12,491 bases of DNA from Nitrososphaeraceae archaeon (lineage in GTDB: Archaea > Thermoproteota > Nitrososphaeria > Nitrososphaerales > Nitrososphaeraceae): positions 1 through 12,491 of the forward strand of contig JBIOZG010000033.1 of assembly GCA_044870765.1 (NCBI GenBank). Reading direction: 5' to 3'. The translations under genes and the position numbers were made by a program. Below are positions 1 to 7,393 of the stretch, one piece after another. The notes beneath the pieces are model-generated. The model did not search any database. It was not told the DNA's origin and saw only the letters and a list, made by a program, of their open reading frames with translations. Positions within the stretch are counted from its first letter, which is position 1. Each line of letters begins with the position of its first letter.

Positions 1-268
1 TGATTAGACGCATATTAATTATATAAAATATAATACTTGGCTACAAATAATAAAGTAAACTCCTATTATAGTAATGTTAAGTAATGTCAATTATTGATTC
101 TTACTATAAATTATTATCTACTTTTCATATATTACCAATATTTATCTTTGAGTTTCATCGTAAAATAAACTGAAATTGAACTCTGCTTTCATCATAAACG
201 ACGGCACTTGGAGAAAGACAAACACACTGGCAAAAACACATTTATTCATTGGATTTGAACTACTTTTA

Positions 269-448
269 ATGAAAACATTATCATGTAGAGAAGCTGGATT
301 TGATTGTGACCATGTTGTAAAAGGAGAAACTGAAGAAGAGATATTCAAAAATGGTGCACAACATGCTATGAAAGATCACGGAATGAAAGAGGAAGACATA
401 ACTCCAGAATTCAAAGAAAAACTTAGGGGATTAATTAAGACAGAGTAA
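269..448 (+). CDS. DUF1059-like small metal-binding protein (59 aa)
   Basis: From ATG 269: MKTLSCREAGFDCDHVVKGETEEEIFKNGAQHAMKDHGM...; C-x6-C plus H-x4-H pattern typical of DUF1059. The TTG start at 176 in the ORF track adds an extension that does not fit the family. Confidence 0.85.
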   Translation: MKTLSCREAGFDCDHVVKGETEEEIFKNGAQHAMKDHGMKEEDITPEFKEKLRGLIKTE

Positions 449-534
449 ATTACATTTCATTTATTTTTACAATTCAATCATTTTTCATATTTTGATTTAT
501 AGTATTACTGTATATTGGAAAGGCCATAAATTAT

Positions 535-556
535 ATTCTGGTTCGGTGGGAACCAT
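535..556 (+). repeat. Dispersed intergenic repeat copy A
   Basis: ATTCTGGTTCGGTGGGAACCAT; core TTCGGTGGGA; TGGTTC/GAACCA inverted arms. Confidence 0.75.
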
Positions 557-719
557 GTACAATTCACATTAATCTATTTTATTATTTACTTATATACTAT
601 TCTAGAATCACAATCAATTTAGAGATATAACAATCTTATGGAAAAATTGGAAAATATTGTTTTCAGCCATGCGTAAAAGGATTGTAAAAAGGCTCTCAAT
701 TTCTTCAACAAATATATCA

Positions 720-1676
720 TTAGAAATAAGGTACTATCTCCTTAGAGAATATCTCTATTTGTTTAATGTAGTTATGAACAGGCCAGAAGTGGATACGTTG
801 TACTCCAGATTCATAAAGTAGCTTAATTTTTTTTAGGCATTGATCAGTAGATCCAAAAAGTAACAAATTCTCTAGCTCTTCAGCAGATCTTCCAAGAGCT
901 GGTGACAATACATCTTTTGCCATCTTATGGACTTTTTCATTATCATTATCAATATATCCAAACATTGTCATAACTGAGTTTTCAAATGACGTAATATCCT
1001 TATTCAGCTCTCTTCTGTAAGTCAGAAGTAACTTCCATTTCGCTTTGAATTTGTCTGGTGTGATATTATAAGCAGATGCCATCCAACCGTCTCCGTACTT
1101 TGCTACCCTCCTTAACCCTTGTTCTGAGCCCCAACTTGCTATCATGATGGGAGGGTGAGGTTCTTGATATGGTTTAGGATCAATAGACATTTTTTTCAAT
1201 CTATAGTATTTACCTTCAAAATCTGCGGATGATGAATCACTTTCATTATTTTCGTTCCAAATCATGTGGATGATCTCTAATGCTTCAGAAAATCTTTTCC
1301 ACCTATCCTCAAAAGGAATTCCACAGATATCATAGTCTCCTTTGTAGGAACCTGGTCCTAATCCTACAAATAATCTACCTGAAGATAAGATATCTATTGA
1401 AGTTAGAGCTTTAGCACAGATTACCGGATTTCTTATTACTACGTTCAAAATAGAAGTGCCAATTTTTATCCTATTAGTAGTTACAGCAATAGCAGCTAGT
1501 GAACTTATAGCATCAAGCCAGCCGGTTTTGAAAACTATGTGATCATTTACGCTAATCGAATCGTATCCCAACTCTTCGACCTTATTTGCGATTGAGAGGA
1601 TCTGCTCTCTTGAAAACGTTTCTTCTTTTGTTAATGCCATCACCGGTAGATGTGTTCCAAAGGCAATTGAGTTCAT
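720..1676 (-). CDS. LLM-class (luciferase-like) flavin/F420-dependent oxidoreductase
   Basis: Motifs EELGYDSISVNDH, RIKIGTSILN, LTSIDILSSGRLFVGLGPG, PKPYQEPHPPI, RVAKYGDGW; TATA-like TTTAATATATAA on the minus strand at 1699-1710. Confidence 0.9.
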   Translation of the reverse strand: MNSIAFGTHLPVMALTKEETFSREQILSIANKVEELGYDSISVNDHIVFKTGWLDAISSLAAIAVTTNRIKIGTSILNVVIRNPVICAKALTSIDILSSGRLFVGLGPGSYKGDYDICGIPFEDRWKRFSEALEIIHMIWNENNESDSSSADFEGKYYRLKKMSIDPKPYQEPHPPIMIASWGSEQGLRRVAKYGDGWMASAYNITPDKFKAKWKLLLTYRRELNKDITSFENSVMTMFGYIDNDNEKVHKMAKDVLSPALGRSAEELENLLLFGSTDQCLKKIKLLYESGVQRIHFWPVHNYIKQIEIFSKEIVPYF

Positions 1677-1893
1677 TTAATGACTTGATTGGAATGTCTT
1701 ATATATTAAACTAGATTTCGATTGCAATAATTTGTAATAAAGTATCAAGCATTAATAAATTAACAGAACCTGATATAAAATTTCGAAAGAAGAAAGAATA
1801 GGTGGATAATGAATCGATTCTTCATTGTAGTAACCTTAGTCAAATATAATGTTTGTGGGAATGGGAATGGAATTCCTTTACTGGATTATGATA

Positions 1894-2331
1894 TTATGGC
1901 ATATGTTCAGTATGTCGCCCCAGCACATCCTTGAAGCTTCTTGGTTTACCATCCGCAAAGACCTCTTTGGATGCATATTTCATCGAGAAGGCCAGCATTT
2001 GCTCAAGAATTGGAAGTACTGATTTTCCCTTCTCCGTTACAAAATATTCGACCCTTACTGGAATAACCGCATGGACCTTTCTTTCGATTAGATCATTTTC
2101 TAACATTTCTTTGAGGCGAACAGCAAGAGTTTTTGGATTAATACCTTCTATAGTTTCAAATTGGTTAAATCTTGTATGTCCCAAAATAATCATATTCCGT
2201 ATGATATGGATAGTAAATTTTTTACCTATCAAGTTAAATGTACAGTTAACAGGACAGCGAGTAGTCATTGAAACCAATTTTTGCGCTTCCTTTTGGTTCA
2301 TTCTAAATTTGCTCCTTGACGCAAATATCAT
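1894..2331 (-). CDS. HxlR/DUF24-family winged-helix transcriptional regulator
   Basis: CPV...LIGKKFTIHIIR...RFNQF...GINPKTLAVRLKEM...LIERKV...PVRVEYFVTEKG; minus-strand TATAAA at 2354-2359 supports the 2331 start (alternative ATG at 2301). Confidence 0.9.
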   Translation of the reverse strand: MIFASRSKFRMNQKEAQKLVSMTTRCPVNCTFNLIGKKFTIHIIRNMIILGHTRFNQFETIEGINPKTLAVRLKEMLENDLIERKVHAVIPVRVEYFVTEKGKSVLPILEQMLAFSMKYASKEVFADGKPRSFKDVLGRHTEHMP

Positions 2332-2740
2332 TCAAAATCAGGTTCACTTTCGATTTATACCCTACTTACCGATTATCACTTACCAATTTACATAATTACT
2401 TCTTTATAGTTAAGGAAGAAAGGGAAGTAAATTGAGATTTGGAAGTAAACTTGAAATTATGCCTTTCGTATTAGGAGGCGGCATCACCAAGTCTATCTTT
2501 GCCTTTGTGGCGATTGAATATGAGTTCCTTCTAACCGTTAGCGGCCAAATAAAACATGAATTGTTGAAAATGAATGACGCAAAGTTAATAGATATTGTTC
2601 ATTGGAGATATACGGAAGTCGCAAAACAAGCAGCGAAAGTTTTCACACTAAATAAGCCTTTCATAAATGGCTTTAAGAAAATACACAAGCTAAGTAAACA
2701 GATCTTTAATATTATATTAGCTACCAAATTCAGTAGGTGA

Positions 2741-3097
2741 ATAGAAACGCAACTACAAGCTCAGAAAACCAAGAAAGCAATTTTAACTGCTCTGGCCGAT
2801 CCTGAGATGGTTAGCATTATCAATTCAACAATGTACCAGTCCAAATCAGTCTATGACATCATCATGGAGACCAAGATGCCTCATACTACCGCATACAGAA
2901 AAATTAAATGGCTAGTGGAGCAAGACCTTCTCGTAATTGATAGGATTTGTATCAGTGATGAAGGAAAGAAATACAGTCTGTTTCATAGTGTCTTTAGATC
3001 GATAGTCGTAAAATATGAAAATATTAAGATAATAATAGAGGCGGAGCGAAACATCGATCCTGTTGATAGATTGACGGAAAGATTCTTCTCTCTATGA
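2741..3097 (+). CDS. Archaeal winged HTH (ArsR-like) transcriptional regulator; start uncertain (ATA 2741 or ATG 2807)
   Basis: In-frame upstream extension IETQLQAQKTKKAILTALADPEM supplies an ArsR-like first helix; SVYDIIMETKMPHTTAYRKIKWLVEQDLL is the HTH; EGKKYSLF is the wing. Confidence 0.75.
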   Translation: METQLQAQKTKKAILTALADPEMVSIINSTMYQSKSVYDIIMETKMPHTTAYRKIKWLVEQDLLVIDRICISDEGKKYSLFHSVFRSIVVKYENIKIIIEAERNIDPVDRLTERFFSL

Positions 3098-3141
3098 GTA
3101 GATAAGGTTAAACATATAGTTGAGTGATTAGTCTGGCAAAG

Positions 3142-3480
3142 CTACTTAAGGATTGAAGTTAGGCTTTCTACGATTTTATGGCCCGACCTGTAAGAATAGT
3201 AATATCTCATGAGCATAATTGAGGCAAAAAGAATCATAGAAACTAGATGTATCTGCATGCCAACATCGTGTAAATCAAAGTGGAAATCAAATGACCGAGA
3301 CTCGTATAAAGTAGTCACGAATTCTCCTCCAATCCAGATCAAAATGAAGATTGAAATTTGAAATCGGAAGGAATTGGGATTATGTGAATGCCAAGCCAAC
3401 CACACAAATATTCCCAGTGCCACGAATAACAAACAAAGTGTAAAATTACTCATAAGAGCCAAAACTGGAGACATCATCAT
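3142..3480 (-). CDS. Small membrane protein (about 3 TM), function unknown
   Basis: Three hydrophobic stretches; ATGA overlap with the upstream gene at 3477-3480 suggests translational coupling. Confidence 0.75.
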   Translation of the reverse strand: MMMSPVLALMSNFTLCLLFVALGIFVWLAWHSHNPNSFRFQISIFILIWIGGEFVTTLYESRSFDFHFDLHDVGMQIHLVSMILFASIMLMRYYYSYRSGHKIVESLTSILK

Positions 3481-3761
3481 ACTATAATTTTCTCCTTTTT
3501 GGATCTATCCATATATATGAATGCGCCGCCAAAAATTATTAAAACAACAATAGAAATGGTTCTGAAGAGTCCCTCTCCCAATACTTCCTCACCTGCAAAG
3601 TATGCCAAATGATATAACCCGTGAATGAGAATGAAAAGTGATAACAAGACTGTAAGAATTCTAAGATTGCTCCTTAATCTTAAACTAAGGTATACGGGAA
3701 CAATGGCAGCAGCAAACATGATAACACCACTAGCCAAATGAATTAGGTTTTCATCAAACAA
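3477..3761 (-). CDS. Small membrane protein (about 3 TM) with HGLYH motif, function unknown
   Basis: TTG start, three hydrophobic helices, His in LIHLASG and LIHGLYH; coupled to the downstream ORF. Confidence 0.75.
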   Translation of the reverse strand: MFDENLIHLASGVIMFAAAIVPVYLSLRLRSNLRILTVLLSLFILIHGLYHLAYFAGEEVLGEGLFRTISIVVLIIFGGAFIYMDRSKKEKIIV

Positions 3762-3849
3762 ATTAATTAATTTCTATGGATCACACTAGACATATAGATA
3801 TTATGCTCAATACCATATTATGGAATTCATCATTTGGGTTCCAATAGGG

Positions 3850-3987
3850 GGTTCCAAAGATGGGATTTGTCTCTATGTTAATAAAAAAACTGTCATACAT
3901 ATCATGTAATGTATGCACATCATCTTAACAAAAAGATCTTGACATCATGCATTATAATATCGATACTGCTTATAGGTATGAGTTATT
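3850..3987 (+). repeat. Copy 1 of a segmental duplication (promoter plus 5' end of the cupredoxin gene)
   Basis: 3850-3883 matches 4376-4409 at 33/34 nt; 3930-3987 is identical to 4455-4512 (58/58). Confidence 0.95.
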
Positions 3988-4034
3988 TTTCATATTACTT
4001 TATCAGGTGGGCTGACTTCGATTATGTATTATAA
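3909..4034 (+). CDS. 41-aa membrane peptide or truncated paralogue of the cupredoxin N-terminus (could be a pseudogene)
   Basis: MYAHHLNKKILTSCIIISILLIGMSYFSYYFIRWADFDYVL*; shares NKKILTSCIIISILLIGMSY with 4434..4922; TATA-like TTAATAAA at 3878-3885. Confidence 0.5.
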   Translation: MYAHHLNKKILTSCIIISILLIGMSYFSYYFIRWADFDYVL

Positions 4035-4197
4035 CCGTTCCTGTAGAGCGTGTGGCACTCATTTGGAACCTAGTTCAGTTTGCAATGTATGTAAAGAATA
4101 CGTATGTTGGATTTGTAGCAAATGTTTCAAAGCGGATGATGTTATTCACAGACATAACTATTGTATAATACCTCGCATGGTTGCAGTGGTAACATAA
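4024..4197 (+). CDS. Small Cys/His-rich putative zinc-finger protein (57 aa), missing from the ORF track
   Basis: MYYNRSCRACGTHLEPSSVCNVCKEYVCWICSKCFKADDVIHRHNYCIIPRMVAVVT*; CRAC, CNVC, CSKC and HRH, followed by tandem TAA TAA. Confidence 0.8.
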   Translation: MYYNRSCRACGTHLEPSSVCNVCKEYVCWICSKCFKADDVIHRHNYCIIPRMVAVVT

Positions 4198-4375
4198 TAA
4201 GCTACAAGCAAGAGAAGACGAAAAAATAAGATGGTCATGTATTCCTTCCTATAGAGTAGTACCGAAAGGTAAATTTTCCATCAGATATCCTAGCTTATGA
4301 ATCAAGTTCAGCCTTGACATATAGATATTTTGCCGTAATCCAAATTGGAAATCCGACATCTGGATCCCATTTCCT

Positions 4376-4512
4376 GGTTCCAAAGATGGGATTTATCTCT
4401 ATGTTAATATAATGCCGTAATAATTATCACTCTATGGATAACCTTCATTTTAATAAAAAGATCTTGACATCATGCATTATAATATCGATACTGCTTATAG
4501 GTATGAGTTATT
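4376..4512 (+). repeat. Copy 2 of the segmental duplication
   Basis: See 3850-3987; includes the TATA-like box at 4404-4411 and the signal-anchor codons. Confidence 0.95.
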
Positions 4513-4922
4513 CTTCGCACTACCTTGTCCAATCCATATCAGCCAAGAAGAGCAGTTCAGAAGACAAAGCTAGTTCGACCTCTACGGACGCCTCTGCTTC
4601 TAATAGTAGTTCTTCTATCGCTTTAAATGCATTAGAACTGAAGAATGAAACATACAGATGGCAGAACACTAGTGAGGCAATAAATCCCACACTGCATTTG
4701 ATAGCAAACACAGATTACCTTATTAAGATAAAGAATCCCACGGATACCAAGCATGAATTAATAATCGGATCAAATGGGACTGAGCTTGCGAAAAGCAATG
4801 AGATCGAACCGGATAAGAATGGAAAGTTTACCTTCAATGCTAATTCAACTGGGACACTTGAATATCATTGTGAGTATCATCCAGATACTATGAAAGGAAT
4901 CATTGAGATATCTAGCCAATAA
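4434..4922 (+). CDS. Membrane-anchored or secreted cupredoxin (plastocyanin/azurin-like blue copper protein)
   Basis: N-terminal KK plus hydrophobic helix, Ser-rich linker, upstream His (TKHEL) and C-terminal YHCEYHPDTMKG giving type-1 Cu ligands C, H and M. Confidence 0.88.
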   Translation: MDNLHFNKKILTSCIIISILLIGMSYSSHYLVQSISAKKSSSEDKASSTSTDASASNSSSSIALNALELKNETYRWQNTSEAINPTLHLIANTDYLIKIKNPTDTKHELIIGSNGTELAKSNEIEPDKNGKFTFNANSTGTLEYHCEYHPDTMKGIIEISSQ

Positions 4923-4934
4923 ATAAATAAATAC

Positions 4935-4969
4935 AGGAAATCTGATATCAAAATAGTTCCTTTTTTCTT
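4935..4969 (+). terminator. Possible terminator after the cupredoxin gene
   Basis: Short AGGAA...TTCCT stem followed by a T-tract at 4961-4966. Confidence 0.35.
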
Positions 4970-5146
4970 ACAATAACCATCTCGAATAAGGGTCAAACAT
5001 CTTTCTATCACTTTTCTGTAATCACTGGTTATAGTGGAATTAGAAATTCGTTCTTGATTGTCATTATGAGATGCTTTTCAATCACTTAGGGTAGAGTGAC
5101 TAACGCTTTTTACCCCTGAGTGATTCCGTTAAAGACGATATTTAAT

Positions 5147-5186
5147 AAGTTAGCACTAGGAGCAAAAGTTAGCATTAGTTTAAATA
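5147..5186 (+). promoter_or_regulatory. TATA box with upstream direct repeats
   Basis: TTTAAATA at 5179-5186, 22 nt before ATG 5209; AAGTTAGCACTAG at 5147-5159 and AAGTTAGCATTAG at 5166-5178. Confidence 0.6.
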
Positions 5187-5208
5187 CATCAATGACGTCG
5201 ATACAGTA

Positions 5209-5790
5209 ATGGAACTACAAAAAATTGATAATACACCAAAAATGCTGATAGTATACTGCACACTTGCGGGATTGATATCAGCTCTGATAATTTCGGGACT
5301 GCTAGAAGTCATAGACTTTGCATCGGGTACACCAAGCGGAACTTTTTTTGCCGTAATAGGACTATCACTAGGTTTTAACGATCCCGCCTCAGCTCAATAC
5401 ATTGGATATGGATTACATGTATTAACTGGTACTGTAGCGGGCAACATATTTGGACAAATGGCACTATTCTGGCGAAAACTTATTCCATACAACATGAAGA
5501 GGGGAATATCTTTAGGGTTAATGCTCGGTATATCTTTATGGGCAGTATTGTTCGCTCCGTTAGCAACATTTGGAATTCAACCTAGATTAGATACTTTCAT
5601 GATCACAGAAGCCAATACCTATGCCCACTCCATAGCAAATCACTTTGCAGGATTGTATTATTTCGTGTTGGGAGCATCATTACTATTCCATCTAGTCTAT
5701 GGCGCTGTCTTTGGATTACTGGCGGGAAGAATGACAGGGGTAAAGCTCACAATGCGAAAGCTTATAGACGCCAGAATTAATGGGAATTAA
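5209..5790 (+). CDS. Multi-pass membrane protein with two intramembrane His
   Basis: About 4 hydrophobic helices; GYGLHVLTG and LLFHLVYG motifs. Confidence 0.8.
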   Translation: MELQKIDNTPKMLIVYCTLAGLISALIISGLLEVIDFASGTPSGTFFAVIGLSLGFNDPASAQYIGYGLHVLTGTVAGNIFGQMALFWRKLIPYNMKRGISLGLMLGISLWAVLFAPLATFGIQPRLDTFMITEANTYAHSIANHFAGLYYFVLGASLLFHLVYGAVFGLLAGRMTGVKLTMRKLIDARINGN

Positions 5791-5828
5791 TCAGTTCTCC
5801 CACTTTAAATTGAAATAAGGAGCGCAAA

Positions 5829-7286
5829 ATGACTTCGTTGAAACTGCTAATAAATGAGATGGACTCAAATGCCTTGGGACCGAACAGACTTGATATGGTT
5901 ACTCATAACAGTATCGATACAAACAAGCAAAAGAAAATTAAGATCCTAGTCTCTGGGGCAAGTGGGTTTATTGGTCGCAGACTTGTTAGAAGGTTGCTGA
6001 TCTCACCTACCACAACAAACTGGAGTATAAGATGTATGACAAGAAAAGCACATTCACTTTCAAGCTATTTTCAGAATGACAGAGACAATTTGGAATTTGT
6101 GCAAGCCGATGTTCAAAACTATCCTGAATTAGTAAAGGCATTAACTGGTATTGATATTGCATTTTATCTTATACACTCGATGGAAGGATCATCAAAGGAA
6201 TGGAAAAAATTCGCGGAGCGTGATAGAGTTGCAGCAGAAAATTTTGCTCGAGCAGTGAATGAAGCAGGTGTATCGAGAGTTATTTATCTTGGGGGCTTAA
6301 CGTATGCACCCGAGCAAGAATTATCTAAACATATGCGAAGTAGAACACAAGTAGGTGAAATTCTAAAAAAATCTAACGCTGCGGTTACAATATTTAGAGC
6401 AGCGGTCATTTTGGGACAAGGAGGCGGATCTTTTCAAATGTTACAATACCTTGTAGAAAGGTTACCTTTGATGGTATGTCCAAAATGGGTATTGACCAAA
6501 TGTCAACCCATTGCAGTTGATGATGTAGTAGAATATCTGGTCAGATCTATTGAAATGAATGAAACAAAGTCCAAAACATTTGACATCGGTGGACCGGAGA
6601 TCCTCTCTTACTTGGATATGATGCGACGATATAGTAGTACTCTCAAAAAATCGATTAAAATTTTTATTATTCCATTCTTAACGCCAAGACTTTCTTCTTA
6701 CTGGGTTGATCTCATAACACCGGTGAAAGCATCGCTTGCACGTCCCCTTATCGACAGTCTTAGACATGAAGCAATAGTAAAAGACAATTCTATTGCAGAC
6801 ATCATACCACTTCGTTTAAAGAACTTTGAAAACTCAATTAAAATAGCAAGAAATGAGCAAACTGAAAATGAGAGGGTAATCAAAAAAGAGCGAACATCTT
6901 CATGTTTGAATAAACGAATCTTATTTACCTCTACTATCGCCCTAGCAATTATAGGATTTACGTACTACTTGTTAGATGTCAGAATAGAAATTTTTCAGCC
7001 CATTTGGGTGGTATTGGCAGGCCTTTGGTATTTTGGTATAGCTTTTTCAATATTCTTTATACATAAAGGTGCTAGACTAGGGTCGATAATAGCTGGGATT
7101 CTTGGATGGATTACATTGACATTTTGGCTCCTTGATAATTTCTATCTAATATTTGGGACATCAATTCTTGCATCGCCGCCAGGATATATCATGACAATTC
7201 GAAATTGCATAGGAGCAGCAATAGCGGGTTTGGTTGTTTCCTCATCCCACAATTTGTTTCACAAGATACGAATTCACTGTCTTTAA
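5829..7286 (+). CDS. Atypical SDR / NAD(P)-binding epimerase family protein (YbjT-like) with a C-terminal membrane domain
   Basis: ILVSGASGFIGRRL Rossmann motif, AFYLIHSM, RVIYLGGL, LSKHMRSR, RAAVILGQGGGSF, QPIAVDDV; last ~120 aa hydrophobic; AGGAG at 5818-5822. Confidence 0.88.
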   Translation: MTSLKLLINEMDSNALGPNRLDMVTHNSIDTNKQKKIKILVSGASGFIGRRLVRRLLISPTTTNWSIRCMTRKAHSLSSYFQNDRDNLEFVQADVQNYPELVKALTGIDIAFYLIHSMEGSSKEWKKFAERDRVAAENFARAVNEAGVSRVIYLGGLTYAPEQELSKHMRSRTQVGEILKKSNAAVTIFRAAVILGQGGGSFQMLQYLVERLPLMVCPKWVLTKCQPIAVDDVVEYLVRSIEMNETKSKTFDIGGPEILSYLDMMRRYSSTLKKSIKIFIIPFLTPRLSSYWVDLITPVKASLARPLIDSLRHEAIVKDNSIADIIPLRLKNFENSIKIARNEQTENERVIKKERTSSCLNKRILFTSTIALAIIGFTYYLLDVRIEIFQPIWVVLAGLWYFGIAFSIFFIHKGARLGSIIAGILGWITLTFWLLDNFYLIFGTSILASPPGYIMTIRNCIGAAIAGLVVSSSHNLFHKIRIHCL

Positions 7287-7393
7287 GTCTTGAAAATGTT
7301 TAAACATGGAAAAGTCATTCGCTTACGAACACCACAAATTCACTTAAATCGATTACCTATTGCGTTCTTTGTTAGGGGATCAAGTGTACTAGA

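Noticed and set aside
1931-2395. 154-aa + strand ORF
   Set aside because: Antisense shadow of the well-supported HxlR gene.
2432-2740. 102-aa ORF in frame with the downstream wHTH, suggesting TGA readthrough or selenocysteine
   Set aside because: No recognisable domain, it spans promoter-like AT-rich DNA, and no recoding signal is visible; probably spurious.
3849-3867. GGGTTCCAAAGATGGGATT as a fifth copy of the dispersed repeat (also at 4376)
   Set aside because: Requires a 4-nt insertion and lacks both arms; better explained as part of the promoter array, though a relationship is not excluded.
4918-4933. (AATA)4 microsatellite
   Set aside because: Low-complexity sequence expected in AT-rich DNA.
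7296-7307. Perfect 12-bp palindrome ATGTTTAAACAT upstream of the B12 gene
   Set aside because: Single AT-rich palindrome with no second copy noticed; insufficient support as an operator.
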